From the NCBI GenBank assembly GCA_017624905.1, contig JAGAMD010000008.1, positions 20,440 to 84,439 on the forward strand: DNA of 64,000 nucleotides, written 5' to 3'. Source of the DNA: Clostridia bacterium (lineage in GTDB: Bacteria; Bacillota; Clostridia; Oscillospirales; CAG-272). A program made the position numbers and the translations under genes. Below the pieces are notes generated by a model. That model saw only the letters and a list, made by a program, of their open reading frames with translations, did no database searches and had not been told where the DNA came from. This document shows positions 18,687 through 29,322 of the stretch, piece by piece (position 1 is the stretch's first letter; each line of letters opens with the position of its first letter).

Positions 18687-19841
18687 ATGCAAAGACTAGG
18701 ATTATATATTCACATCCCATTCTGCAAAAGAAAATGTAACTATTGCGATTTTTATTCCTGCACCAAGCTAGATAATATTAAGAGCTATATTGATGCACTG
18801 CTCAAGCAAATAGTCATTGATGCTCCTCTATATAGGGATTATGAATTTGATACAATCTTTATTGGTGGTGGCACTCCATCATTACTTGAACCAAATGATT
18901 TTGAAAGACTAACTGATGCAATAAAAAATAATCTAAATCTCACACAGGGGCTTGAATTTTCGCTCGAAGCCAATCCGGGTACACTTACAAGAGAAAAGCT
19001 TCTTGCGTATGAAAAAGGTGGTGTAAATCGTCTCTCAATGGGACTTCAAAGCACGTTTGATAATGAGCTTAAGACCTTGGGCAGAATACATACCTATGAT
19101 GAGTTTGTAAAAAACTTCAATCTCGCTCGTGAATGTGGATTTGATAATATCAGCATTGATGTTATGTATTCATTGCCGAATCAAAAAACAAACGACCTAC
19201 TTACAACTCTTGAAAGGGTATCAAGTCTTAATCCTGAGCATATTTCCTCATACTGCTTGAAAATTGAAGAAAAAACACCTTTTGGAAAAATCAAGGACAA
19301 GCTTATGCTACCAAACGAGGATGAGGAATACGAAATGTATATTTCGATGTGTGACTATCTTAATAAAAAAGGCTATCTGCAATACGAAATTAGCAACTTT
19401 GCAAGGGCAGGATATGAGTCAAAGCATAATCTAAAGTATTGGCAAAGTGAGGAATATATAGGTATAGGACCATCTGCACATTCATTTTTTGGTGGTGAAA
19501 GATATTACTATCAAGATAATTTAACTGACTATATTTCAACTATTTTAAAAGGCAATTCACCTGAAAAAATATTTGAAAAAGAGCTTGAAATTGAACACTC
19601 TGTGGCTCATATTTCAAAAGAGGACGAATATGTTATGCTGAAAATGCGTCTTAGCTCAGGAATAAATACAGAGGAATTCAAGACTCGTTTTGGTAAAGAG
19701 TTTTTAAACTCATATCCGGCGGTAGAGAAGTATATTAAAAGCGGACATATTGTGCTTTTAAATAATTCCTACAAATTCACACCGCAAGGATTTTTTGTTA
19801 GCAATTATATATTGACTGATATTCTAAGATTTGAAAATTGA
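18687..19841 (+). CDS. hemW: Radical-SAM heme chaperone HemW (oxygen-independent coproporphyrinogen oxidase-like)
   Basis: CxxxCxxC motif HIPFCKRKCNYCDF. ~380 aa. Conserved lepA-hemW synteny. Confidence 0.88.
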   Translation: MQRLGLYIHIPFCKRKCNYCDFYSCTKLDNIKSYIDALLKQIVIDAPLYRDYEFDTIFIGGGTPSLLEPNDFERLTDAIKNNLNLTQGLEFSLEANPGTLTREKLLAYEKGGVNRLSMGLQSTFDNELKTLGRIHTYDEFVKNFNLARECGFDNISIDVMYSLPNQKTNDLLTTLERVSSLNPEHISSYCLKIEEKTPFGKIKDKLMLPNEDEEYEMYISMCDYLNKKGYLQYEISNFARAGYESKHNLKYWQSEEYIGIGPSAHSFFGGERYYYQDNLTDYISTILKGNSPEKIFEKELEIEHSVAHISKEDEYVMLKMRLSSGINTEEFKTRFGKEFLNSYPAVEKYIKSGHIVLLNNSYKFTPQGFFVSNYILTDILRFEN

Positions 19842-19975
19842 CATTATTAGTGTAATTTCGACAATCTGCGGAAGCAATCACAATATTTTCACATAAAAAT
19901 ATTAACTTTTTCTTGACTAATCAATAAAATTATGTTAAAATAAAACGCACTCTAAAATAAGAAAGGGGGACAAAT

Positions 19976-20656
19976 ATGGATATTAAGGACTTTAAAGATA
20001 TTGTCGCACAGAATATTTATTATTTGCGTACAGAGAATCATATGACTCAATATGAGCTAGGACAAAAGCTTAATTATTCAGATAAAGCCATTTCCAAATG
20101 GGAAAGAGGCGACGGACTCCCGGATGCTTATGTTTTGAGCAAAATGAGTGAGCTATTTGGTGTAACAGTTGATTATATGCTAACCCCACACTCTGAACAG
20201 AGTAAAAAGGTTGAAACCAAACCAATTAAAAAAGCTAAAAAGATTATTAGTAACATTGTAGTGGCAGGTATCTTTACTCTTGCACTACTAGTATTTGTTT
20301 TACTTGCCATTGCATCAGAATATGGTGGAGAAAAAATTTTTTATTGGCAAGTGTTTGTATATGCAATTCCAATTGCTACGATTTCAAAAATTGTTTTTTC
20401 ATCTATTTGGGACAAAGCAAGAGGAGTTTTCTTATATGCCTCGATGCTACTTTGGTCATTACTTGCAACTATATATTTTGCAATAGGAAACTACGACCTT
20501 TGGATACTTTTCGTTTTAGGTCTTCCTCTTCAGGTTATTGTTTTTCTAGCATTTAGGATAAAAATCACAGTTACATTTAGTAAAAAGGATAGGAAAAATA
20601 AAAAAGCTCCGAGCGAACCAGCTCAGCAAGTTGATACCAAAGAAGAGCAAAAATAG
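19976..20656 (+). CDS. XRE-family HTH regulator fused to a 4-TM membrane domain
   Basis: N-terminal HTH_3 pattern (MTQYELGQKLNYSDKAISKWERGDGLPD) followed by four hydrophobic helices and a K/E-rich tail. Confidence 0.75.
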   Translation: MDIKDFKDIVAQNIYYLRTENHMTQYELGQKLNYSDKAISKWERGDGLPDAYVLSKMSELFGVTVDYMLTPHSEQSKKVETKPIKKAKKIISNIVVAGIFTLALLVFVLLAIASEYGGEKIFYWQVFVYAIPIATISKIVFSSIWDKARGVFLYASMLLWSLLATIYFAIGNYDLWILFVLGLPLQVIVFLAFRIKITVTFSKKDRKNKKAPSEPAQQVDTKEEQK

Positions 20657-20685
20657 ACACTCTTCACACAAAAATAGCAAAAAAA

Positions 20686-20720
20686 CACCCACTCTACGAC
20701 CGGTAGAGTGGGATTTTTTG
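20686..20720 (+). terminator. Rho-independent terminator
   Basis: CCCACTCTAC/GTAGAGTGGG hairpin followed by T6. Confidence 0.8.
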
Positions 20721-20847
20721 TCTCTACTTCAATATTTTTTAATATAGAGACAAAACTAGTTTTAGTAGGTGGACTTTTGAATATACTTTTGTTAGAATTG
20801 CTGTGTCAAAAGCAGATTGACAAGTTTGAAAATTGAAAGGTGCAAAA

Positions 20848-21735
20848 ATGCAGAATTATGTAATTACTACCTGCTCAACAGCAGATGTAAACCCTGAATA
20901 TCTAAAATCAAGAGATGTAGAGTATTTACCATTCTCCTTTTACCTTGATGGGAAGGAATATAAGGACGATATGGGCGTTACTATGTCACATAGACAGTTT
21001 TATGATGCAATGAAAAACGGAGCATCAACCTCAACCTCACAGCCTAATGTTGATGAGATAAAGGATTTTTTTAAGCCATATCTTGAAGATGGCAAGGATG
21101 TAATTCACTTAATGCTATCATCCGGCTTGTCGGGAGCGATGACATCTGCAAAAATCGCAGCAGAGGAGCTAAAAGAGGAATATCCAAATAATAAGGTTTA
21201 TGTTGTTGACTCTCTTGGTGCGTCCTCCGGTATGGCAGTTTTAGTTGATAATATGGCTAAGCTAAGAGATGAAGGCATGGGTATTGAAGAGCTGTATGAG
21301 TGGACTGAAGAAAACAAGCTGAATGTACACCATTGGTTCTTTACAACAGATTTAACTTATTTTGTCAAGGGTGGCAGAATATCTAAGGTTGCCGGTTGGT
21401 TTGGTACAATTTTAAAGATTTGTCCGCTTTTAAATGTTGATATAAATGGTAAGCTAATCCCTCGTGAAAAGATAAGAGGAAAATCAAATGTTATCAAGCA
21501 AATAGTTAAGAAGATGGAAGAAAACGCTTTAGATTCTCTTGACTATAATGGTACTTGCTTAATTTCACATTCTGATGCATATGAGGATGCTAAAGCAGTA
21601 AAAGACATAATTGAAGAAAAATTCCCTAATTTAAAGGGAAAAATAGAAATTAACAGTATAGGCACAACCATAGGCTCACATGCCGGTCCGGGTACAGTTG
21701 CACTATTCTTTATGGGAAAAAAGAGAGAAGATTAA
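20848..21735 (+). CDS. DegV-family fatty-acid-binding protein
   Basis: DegV layout (ITTCSTADV... LSSGLSGAMTSA ... GPGTVALFF). Start moved to MQNYVI (AGGTG SD). Confidence 0.85.
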   Translation: MQNYVITTCSTADVNPEYLKSRDVEYLPFSFYLDGKEYKDDMGVTMSHRQFYDAMKNGASTSTSQPNVDEIKDFFKPYLEDGKDVIHLMLSSGLSGAMTSAKIAAEELKEEYPNNKVYVVDSLGASSGMAVLVDNMAKLRDEGMGIEELYEWTEENKLNVHHWFFTTDLTYFVKGGRISKVAGWFGTILKICPLLNVDINGKLIPREKIRGKSNVIKQIVKKMEENALDSLDYNGTCLISHSDAYEDAKAVKDIIEEKFPNLKGKIEINSIGTTIGSHAGPGTVALFFMGKKRED

Positions 21736-23381
21736 TGGATAAAGAATTGACTCACAACGAACATATAACAATCGATGGCAACGATTATAAAAATCTTATC
21801 ATCAATGCCGCTAAGTGTCTTGAAGACAACAAAGAGGAAATAAATGAGCTAAATGTTTTTCCGGTTCCTGATGGAGATACAGGCTCAAATATGTCAATGA
21901 CTGTTGCAAATGCTGCTAAAGAGCTTTTAAACACAGAAAATATGCCACTCGATAAAACAGCCGAGGCAACAGCCAAAGCTATGCTACACGGAGCAAGGGG
22001 AAATTCCGGCGTTATTGTTAGCTTGCTCTTCCGTGGTATTGCCAAGGGACTGAAAAGCTCATTTGAATGTGATGGTGAGGTTTGGGCACAAGCACTAGAA
22101 CAGGGCGTAGAGGCAGCATATAAGGCGGTTGACAACCCAGCCGAGGGAACAATACTAACTGTTGCAAGAAAAAGCGCAGAAAGCGCTAAAAATGCCGCAC
22201 AAGAGAATAATAATTTTGAATATGTACTAAGTGCGGCAATAGAAGCAGCCGAAAAGGCACTTGAGGAAACAGTTAATCAAAATCCGGTGCTTTCTAAAGC
22301 GGGTGTAGTTGACGCCGGTGGAATGGGTTGGCTATTGGTTATTAAGGCTATGTATCAAGCCTTAACTGATGAAAGACGCATAAAGTACGAGCCAAAGAGC
22401 GCAGTCAACACCACTTCAAAATCACCGTTTGATGCTTTTGAAACAGAGGACATCACGTTTGCCTTCTGCACTGAGTTTATCATAACAAAAAATGATCCAA
22501 ACAGAGATACAACTAAGCTAAAGAAGTTTCTTTCTAATATGGGCGATAGCCTTGTTATGATAGACGATGGCGAAATTGTTAAGGTCCACGTTCATACAAA
22601 TGATCCACATAGAGTTTTAGGCGAGGCACAAAAGTATGGCATATACGAAACTGTCAAGGTTGAAAATATGCGTACTCAACATACAAATAAGCTAGTTGAA
22701 GCAGCAAATGAACCCGAAAAAGATTATGGCTTTATTAGTGTTTGCTCCGGTGATGGCTTTGTTGAAATATTTAGGGAGCTTGGTGTTGATGAGGTTGTGT
22801 CCGGTGGGCAGACAATGAACCCGGCGACAGAGGACCTATGTGATGCAGTATCAAAAATAAATGCAAAAACAATTTACATTTTGCCAAACAACAAAAATAT
22901 CATAATGACGGCCTCACAGGTTGCCGATATTACAGGGAAAAATGTAATAGTTATACCAACTAAAACAGTTCCACAGGGCGTTAGTGCTATGCTAGGCTTT
23001 GATGGCGAGGCAGATGAAGGCACAAACACAGAAAATATGCAAGAGTGTATGAAAAATGTCTCAACAATGCAAATTACCTATGCGGCAAGAAACTCAAGCT
23101 ATGATGGAATGGACATAAAAGAGGGCGATTATTTAGCTCTTTGTGAAGATAAGCTACTTTTTTCAACTAATAATATGAATGAAATTTTTGAAGCCTTTGC
23201 TAATAAAATAGCTGAGGAAAAAAAGAGCTTTATTTCAATTTATTATGGTGAGAATTTAACTGAAGAAGAAGCCGAGGAGCAAATCGTACCTCTTAGAGAA
23301 GAGCTCGAAAAGAGTGGAGCTGAAATTAATCTATATAAGGGCAATCAGCCTGTATATTATTACATTATTTCAGCAGAATAA
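21735..23381 (+). CDS. DAK2-domain fusion protein (YloV family)
   Basis: DAK2 motif PVPDGDTGSNM, ~550 aa. Its ATG overlaps the degV stop (TAATG), so the two are translationally coupled. Confidence 0.85.
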   Translation: MDKELTHNEHITIDGNDYKNLIINAAKCLEDNKEEINELNVFPVPDGDTGSNMSMTVANAAKELLNTENMPLDKTAEATAKAMLHGARGNSGVIVSLLFRGIAKGLKSSFECDGEVWAQALEQGVEAAYKAVDNPAEGTILTVARKSAESAKNAAQENNNFEYVLSAAIEAAEKALEETVNQNPVLSKAGVVDAGGMGWLLVIKAMYQALTDERRIKYEPKSAVNTTSKSPFDAFETEDITFAFCTEFIITKNDPNRDTTKLKKFLSNMGDSLVMIDDGEIVKVHVHTNDPHRVLGEAQKYGIYETVKVENMRTQHTNKLVEAANEPEKDYGFISVCSGDGFVEIFRELGVDEVVSGGQTMNPATEDLCDAVSKINAKTIYILPNNKNIIMTASQVADITGKNVIVIPTKTVPQGVSAMLGFDGEADEGTNTENMQECMKNVSTMQITYAARNSSYDGMDIKEGDYLALCEDKLLFSTNNMNEIFEAFANKIAEEKKSFISIYYGENLTEEEAEEQIVPLREELEKSGAEINLYKGNQPVYYYIISAE

Positions 23382-23414
23382 ATTGACTATATCTTTCTCC
23401 TTTCTTTAAATAAA

Positions 23415-23456
23415 CAAAGACTGACCTAGCTTTTTGCAAGGTCAGTCTTTGGTTTT
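23415..23456. terminator. Bidirectional terminator
   Basis: 12-bp stem AAAGACTGACCT/AGGTCAGTCTTT between convergent genes. Confidence 0.75.
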
Positions 23457-24270
23457 ATTCTACGTAAAATATTTTGTATTCAGGGTTATCTGATAAAACT
23501 TTTGTGTTGTAAAGGTCTAAGAAAACAAGCTCTTTTTCATCTACCTTATACTCAAATATAGCATATGAGTAGCTAGTATTTATTTTCTTATCAATAGTTG
23601 CTCTGTATGAAAGAACAACATTATTGTTGCTTGTAAATATCTTATCAGCTACAAAATTATATTTCTTTAATAAATCATAGTATTCGGTTGATGATAAGAA
23701 TTCATCATCAATATAATGAGCTTCATTGGTAGGAGTATAAATTCTAAAATATCCACCTAAATTATTGACTGAAAGTGTTAAAAACTCTTTATCGCTTGAG
23801 TCTGTCCCGCTATCACCGGTTATTACATCATAGTATTCACAAACTTTTGAAGCAGGGTCGGCAGTAATTGTATAGCAATAAAAATAATAAATTCTGTTGC
23901 CCTCAACATATGAAATTGGTTGAGTTTTCAAATTGCTTTTTTCAAAAACCAGCTTAAGCTCGCCACTTGAAATATCATAAGAATAAATCAACTCTGAAAA
24001 ATCAAATAAACCGTTCTTTTTTGCAAGAGATATATATAGCTTTCCATCACGGAGAAGCATAGCATTGTTCGCTTCGCCCTTATCCTTAGATAGTATGTGA
24101 AGATGGTTATAAAACAGGTCACCATCATAAGACCATACATATTTTTCTTTGTTTGCTTCAAGTTGTGAAAAATCATTGTTCACGTCCTTGAATTTTGTAT
24201 TAAAATTACAGGAAGAAAAGCAAATTACAACAAATAATAATGCGAAAAAAACAGAAAAAATTCTTTTCAT
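23455..24270 (-). CDS. Uncharacterised lipoprotein
   Basis: Signal peptide plus lipobox (CFSSC). The protein is beta-rich and Y/N-rich. No family recognised. Confidence 0.5.
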   Translation of the reverse strand: MKRIFSVFFALLFVVICFSSCNFNTKFKDVNNDFSQLEANKEKYVWSYDGDLFYNHLHILSKDKGEANNAMLLRDGKLYISLAKKNGLFDFSELIYSYDISSGELKLVFEKSNLKTQPISYVEGNRIYYFYCYTITADPASKVCEYYDVITGDSGTDSSDKEFLTLSVNNLGGYFRIYTPTNEAHYIDDEFLSSTEYYDLLKKYNFVADKIFTSNNNVVLSYRATIDKKINTSYSYAIFEYKVDEKELVFLDLYNTKVLSDNPEYKIFYVE

Positions 24271-24279
24271 AAAACTCCA

Positions 24280-25692
24280 TTAAAGGGTTTCAAGCTTAAT
24301 TAAATTGGTACTGCCGGAGCCACCGTTTGTTATACCACCGGTAATAACAATTTTGTCACCCTTTTTCAGCTTAAATGTGCTTTTTGCAGCCTTGTTTGCC
24401 ATATAGAAAAGCACGTCAGTTGAGTTTACAAGCTCACACATAACAGGTGTAACACCCCAAGAAAGAGATAGCTTACGCCACGTTTCCTCGTTAGTTGTCA
24501 TACCTAGAATATCAACAGGAGCACGGAAACGAGATACCATTCGAGCCGTAATACCGGAAATTGAGCATACAACAATAGCCTTTGCGTGTATATCTATCGC
24601 CATACAAGCGGTTGAGTGTGAAATTGCGTCAACAGGATTTTGAATAATAAAGCCGGATTTGTTAAATAGAGAATCGTAATCAATACAGCTCTCAGTTTTT
24701 TCAACTATCTTTGACATAGTTTGAACAGTTAAAACAGGATATTTTCCCATAGCAGTTTCACCGGATAGCATAACTGCACTTGTACCGTCATAAACAGCAT
24801 TTGCAACGTCGGAAATCTCTGCACGAGTAGGACGAGGATTGTGTATCATTGATTCAAGCATTTCAGTAGCAGTAATAACACGTTTGCCGAGCATTCTGCA
24901 CTTAGTAATTAGATGCTTTTGAGTTGATGGCACCTCTTCAAAAGGAATTTCAACACCAAGGTCGCCACGAGCAACCATAATACCATCACATTCCTTACAA
25001 ATCTCCTCAATGTTTTCAACACCACTACGATTTTCTATTTTAGCGATAATGTCAATGCTTTCGCCGCCATTTTCCTTTAAGAACTTTTTAACATCAATCA
25101 AATCTTGACGTGTAGATACAAATGAACAAGCTATAAAATCAACACCGTTTTCAATACCGAATAATAAATCGCTTTTGTCTTGCTCGGAAAGAAATTCTTG
25201 GTGCAAAACCTTGTTAGGGAAGCTCATACTCTTAAAGTTCGATAGCTCACCACCTGCAAGAACCTTGCAAACAGCATCTGTTTTGGTAAGCTCACAAACC
25301 TCAAAAATAACAAGACCGTTATTTACTAAAATTCTATCACCAACTAAAAGGTCATCAATCATACCTTTGTATGAAACGCTAACTCTTTCTTCGTTGCCCA
25401 CAATATCCTCAATGGTAAACCTAAATGTGTCGCCATCGCTTAGTGTTATTCTATCATTTTCAAATGACTTGATTCTATATTCAGGTCCCTTTGTGTCAAG
25501 CATAATTGCAATAGGCAAATCAAGCTTTTCACGAACCTTTTTAATAAGATTGATTTTTTCTAAATGGTCTTTATGTGTACCGTGTGAAAAGTTTAGTCTT
25601 GCTACATTCATACCGGATAGACATAGTTGGCTCATTACCTCTTCTGTTTCACAGGCAGGGCCGATAGTACATACAATCTTTGTTTTTCTCAT
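24280..25692 (-). CDS. pyk: Pyruvate kinase
   Basis: MRKTKIVCTIGPA..., MVARGDLGVEIP, 470 aa. Confidence 0.95.
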   Translation of the reverse strand: MRKTKIVCTIGPACETEEVMSQLCLSGMNVARLNFSHGTHKDHLEKINLIKKVREKLDLPIAIMLDTKGPEYRIKSFENDRITLSDGDTFRFTIEDIVGNEERVSVSYKGMIDDLLVGDRILVNNGLVIFEVCELTKTDAVCKVLAGGELSNFKSMSFPNKVLHQEFLSEQDKSDLLFGIENGVDFIACSFVSTRQDLIDVKKFLKENGGESIDIIAKIENRSGVENIEEICKECDGIMVARGDLGVEIPFEEVPSTQKHLITKCRMLGKRVITATEMLESMIHNPRPTRAEISDVANAVYDGTSAVMLSGETAMGKYPVLTVQTMSKIVEKTESCIDYDSLFNKSGFIIQNPVDAISHSTACMAIDIHAKAIVVCSISGITARMVSRFRAPVDILGMTTNEETWRKLSLSWGVTPVMCELVNSTDVLFYMANKAAKSTFKLKKGDKIVITGGITNGGSGSTNLIKLETL

Positions 25693-25707
25693 TTTTTTGC
25701 TCCTGTT

Positions 25708-27459
25708 TCATTGTTCGTTAGATTCAAATTGACTGTTATATAAGGCTGCATAAAATCCATTCTTTAGTAAAAGCTCATCGTGGTTGCCCGTTTCAATTAT
25801 ATTTCCATCCTTCATAACAAGGATTATATCCGCCTCTTTAATGGTAGAAAGACGATGTGCAACAATAAATGATGTGCGTCCACTCATAAGAGTAGAGAAT
25901 GCCTTTTGAATTTTGATTTCTGTTCTTGTATCTATTGATGAGGTAGCCTCATCAAGGATAAGCATAGGGGGGAGAGAAAGCATAATTCTCGCTATACATA
26001 AAAGCTGTCGTTGCCCTTGTGAAAGAGAAGAGCCTTCGTCAGAAATTACGGTATCATATCCCTCGGGTAAACGCTTAATAAAGCTATGTGCGTGTGATGC
26101 CTTAGCTGCCTCGATTATCTCTTCAATAGTCGCATTCGGCTTGCCTAATGCAATATTTTCACGCACTGTGCCATTTTGTAGCCAAGTGTCCTGTAAAACC
26201 ATACCATAGCTTGATCTAAGAGATTGTCTTGTTACCTCTCTTATATCGTGATTATCCACAAGTATTTTGCCCGAATTTACATCATAAAATCTCATAAGTA
26301 GATTTATAAGTGTGGTTTTTCCACAGCCAGTTGGACCAACAATAGCAACGTGCATACCACTATCAACCTTTAAATTAAGGTCGGTAATTAGCTTTTTCTC
26401 GCTAGTGTAAGAGAAGGAAACATTTGATAGCTCTATTTCGCCATTTTCAACGGTTAGCTTTTCGTTTTCCTTGTCGCTAACCTCTTCCTTTTCATTTGTA
26501 AAATCAAATACACGCTTCGCACAAGCAAGTGCATTTTGTAGCTCCGTTACCACCCCGGATATTTCATTAAACGGCTTAGCATATTGTGTTGCATAGCTTA
26601 AAAAACACGATAAAACGCCAATAGTTAAAGCACCCGAACCGCCTGATTTTATAACAAGTAAAGCACCAACAAGTGCCACACCTGCATAAACGATTGCGTT
26701 TACAAAGCGAGTGCAAGGATTTACCAAGGATGAAAAGAAAATTGCTTTTCTTGACACCTTTTCAAGCTCGTTATTTGCCTCATCAAATCGCTCAAGCTCC
26801 TCATCCTCGTGGCTAAACGCTTTTACGGTTTTTAAGTTCCCAACAACCTCGTTAATAATTGATGTGTTTTTAGCCTTAACCTCGGATTGCTTTTTAAATA
26901 GAGAATATGTGCTTTTTGAAATAAAACTAGCGACAAATAGCGAAAGTGGAGTTAATAGCACTACCACAAGTGCAATTTTCCAACTTAGATAGAACATAAT
27001 GCCAAGAGTTGCAGCAATTGTAACAATTCCTGTAAAGAACTGAGTAAAGCCCATTAAAAGACCCTCAGCAAACTGATCAACATCAGAAATTATCTTATTT
27101 ACAACCTCACCGCTTTGATGACTATCAATATATGATAGTGGTAATTTTTGTATCTTATCAAATGCTCGATTTCTAATGTCCTTAGTTACATTATAGGTGA
27201 TGCGATTGTTGATTAGATTCATTAACCATTGAAGTATGCCTACAACAACTGCAATAATACCTATTTCCGTAAGTATAGCTAAAAGTCCATCAAAATCAAC
27301 CAGTCCCTCATCAATAATTAGGTCAATTCCATCACCGATTAATATAGGAATGTATAGTGATAAAAGAACACTACCTGCTGCAAATAAAAGCGAAACTATG
27401 ATTAAAAACCAATATTTTTTAAGATAAGAAAGAACAGTTTTAATAGTTGACATATTCAT
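25708..27459 (-). CDS. ABC exporter half-transporter (TMD-NBD), consensus-site subunit
   Basis: Six TM helices plus an NBD. Walker A GPTGCGKT, Walker B ILDEATSSID (canonical Glu), but an atypical signature LSQGQ. Confidence 0.9.
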   Translation of the reverse strand: MNMSTIKTVLSYLKKYWFLIIVSLLFAAGSVLLSLYIPILIGDGIDLIIDEGLVDFDGLLAILTEIGIIAVVVGILQWLMNLINNRITYNVTKDIRNRAFDKIQKLPLSYIDSHQSGEVVNKIISDVDQFAEGLLMGFTQFFTGIVTIAATLGIMFYLSWKIALVVVLLTPLSLFVASFISKSTYSLFKKQSEVKAKNTSIINEVVGNLKTVKAFSHEDEELERFDEANNELEKVSRKAIFFSSLVNPCTRFVNAIVYAGVALVGALLVIKSGGSGALTIGVLSCFLSYATQYAKPFNEISGVVTELQNALACAKRVFDFTNEKEEVSDKENEKLTVENGEIELSNVSFSYTSEKKLITDLNLKVDSGMHVAIVGPTGCGKTTLINLLMRFYDVNSGKILVDNHDIREVTRQSLRSSYGMVLQDTWLQNGTVRENIALGKPNATIEEIIEAAKASHAHSFIKRLPEGYDTVISDEGSSLSQGQRQLLCIARIMLSLPPMLILDEATSSIDTRTEIKIQKAFSTLMSGRTSFIVAHRLSTIKEADIILVMKDGNIIETGNHDELLLKNGFYAALYNSQFESNEQ

Positions 27460-29186
27460 TATACACCCTCCTTTTTAAATTGAGAGTTGTATATTTCACT
27501 ATAAACAAGACAACCGGAAAGTAACTCGTCGTGTTTACCAATGCCAACAATTTTGCCATCATCAAGCACAATAATCTTGTCAGCGTGAGAAATTGATGCT
27601 GTCCTTTGTGAAACTATAAATACAGTAGGCTTATAGTCAAGTGAATTTAATGATTTTCGTAGCCTTGCATCTGTTTGATAGTCAAGGGCAGAGGAGGAGT
27701 CGTCAAGAATTAGTATTTCAGGCTTTGAAACAAGTGCACGAGCAATAGTAAGCCTTTGTCTTTGTCCACCTGAGAGGTTTTTGCCACCCTCTTCAATCTG
27801 AAAGTCAAGCCCTTCCTTTTTAGCATCCAAAACATCCTTAGCCTGAGCTGTTTCAATAGCCTTTAATATGTCTTCATCACTAGCGGTTTTGTCGCCCCAT
27901 TTCATATTTTCACGGATTGTGCCCTTAAATAACACAGCCTTTTGTGGGACAACGCCTATTTTTTCACGCAAGGTCTCAAATTCATAGCTGTTTACATTTT
28001 GACCATTGACCAAAACCTCGCCAGACTCAGCATCGTAAAAGCGGCCAATTAGATTTACAAGAGAGGTTTTGCCCGAGCCTGTGCCACCGATGATGCCAAC
28101 AGTCTGTCCAGCCTTGACTGAAAAGTCAATATTTTCAAGTGAACATTCACTAGCTCCCTTGTACTTTAGTGATACATTTTTAAACTCAACGGAGTATCCG
28201 TTATTACTTGATTTTTTATCGCCCATAACCTCTTGTGAGGAGCTGATTTCAAACACGTCCTCAATTCTTTTTGCACAGGCAAGTGCTTTTGTAATAGTGA
28301 TTATAAGGTTAGCTAGCTTTATTAATTCTATAAGTATTTGCGACATATAATTATATAGAGCAATTACTTGTCCTTGTGTTAGCTCCCCAATTTGAACTCT
28401 TATAGCACCCTTGTAAATTAAAAAGCAAATAGAAATATTTACTATTGCAAAGGTTAAAGGATTGAGTAAGGCAGATATTCTGCCGACCAGCATTTGAGCC
28501 TTGTTTAACGCTGTTGTTTTTTTATGGAACTTGTCCTTTTCCTTTCCCTCAAGTGAAAAAGCACGAATAACACGTACGCCTGTTAAATTTTCACGTGTGG
28601 AAAGAAGAGTGGTGTCAAGTCTAGATTGTACCTTTTTGTATAGTGGAATTGTAATTAGCATAATGCCAAATACAACTAATGATAAAGCTAAAATAGTAAT
28701 GACAAAAATACCTGATGCCTTAAAGCTGGGGTCAACTATAATTGCCATAATAAGTGCACCAAAGACAATAACAGGTGAACGCATAAATAGGCGTAAGGTA
28801 AGGTTGATACCTGTTTGTACTTGGTTTGTGTCATTTGTCATTCTGTTGATAAGTGAGGATGTGCCCAAGGTATCAATTTCAGTATAGGAAAGAGAAGAAA
28901 TATGCTTAAACAATGAATGTCTTAATTTAGCAGAAAAGCCACAAGCAGCCTTTGCGGAAAAATACTGTGCAACGAGCGTACAGCTAAGACCAATAGCACC
29001 AAGGGCTACCATAAGTAAGCACATATAAACTACATAATTTTTGTCGCCGTTACCAATGCCCTTGTCAATGATACTTGCAACAACAAGAGGAACAAAAAGC
29101 TCAAAAAGAGCCTCAAGCATCTTGAATAGTGGCGCAAAAACGCATTCCTTTTTATAGCCATCTAAATAAACAAGCAGCTTTTTCAT
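27459..29186 (-). CDS. ABC exporter half-transporter (TMD-NBD), degenerate-site subunit
   Basis: Walker A GGTGSGKT, signature LSGGQ, Walker B ILILDDSSSALD (Asp replaces the catalytic Glu). There is a 1-nt overlap with the downstream partner. Confidence 0.9.
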   Translation of the reverse strand: MKKLLVYLDGYKKECVFAPLFKMLEALFELFVPLVVASIIDKGIGNGDKNYVVYMCLLMVALGAIGLSCTLVAQYFSAKAACGFSAKLRHSLFKHISSLSYTEIDTLGTSSLINRMTNDTNQVQTGINLTLRLFMRSPVIVFGALIMAIIVDPSFKASGIFVITILALSLVVFGIMLITIPLYKKVQSRLDTTLLSTRENLTGVRVIRAFSLEGKEKDKFHKKTTALNKAQMLVGRISALLNPLTFAIVNISICFLIYKGAIRVQIGELTQGQVIALYNYMSQILIELIKLANLIITITKALACAKRIEDVFEISSSQEVMGDKKSSNNGYSVEFKNVSLKYKGASECSLENIDFSVKAGQTVGIIGGTGSGKTSLVNLIGRFYDAESGEVLVNGQNVNSYEFETLREKIGVVPQKAVLFKGTIRENMKWGDKTASDEDILKAIETAQAKDVLDAKKEGLDFQIEEGGKNLSGGQRQRLTIARALVSKPEILILDDSSSALDYQTDARLRKSLNSLDYKPTVFIVSQRTASISHADKIIVLDDGKIVGIGKHDELLSGCLVYSEIYNSQFKKEGV

Positions 29187-29254
29187 ATTTTTCTCCTTTC
29201 CATATTATTTCAGCCTATATTATAGCACACAAAATTTTATATTACAATAATAAA

Positions 29255-29285
29255 ATAAAAAGAGTGCCGAAGCACTCTTTTTTAG
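29255..29285 (-). terminator. Rho-independent terminator of the 1307-aa LRR gene
   Basis: AGAGTGC/GCACTCT hairpin with T-runs on both sides. Confidence 0.75.
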
Positions 29286-29322
29286 TGATATGTCATTCTA
29301 AATAATGTGAAGAATTACATTG

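Noticed and set aside
25175-25732. 185-aa plus-strand ORF overlapping pyk.
   Set aside because: It is entirely antisense to a well-supported pyruvate kinase gene. Its composition is S/L/I-rich and low in complexity, and it has no SD. This is a typical shadow ORF of an AT-rich gene.
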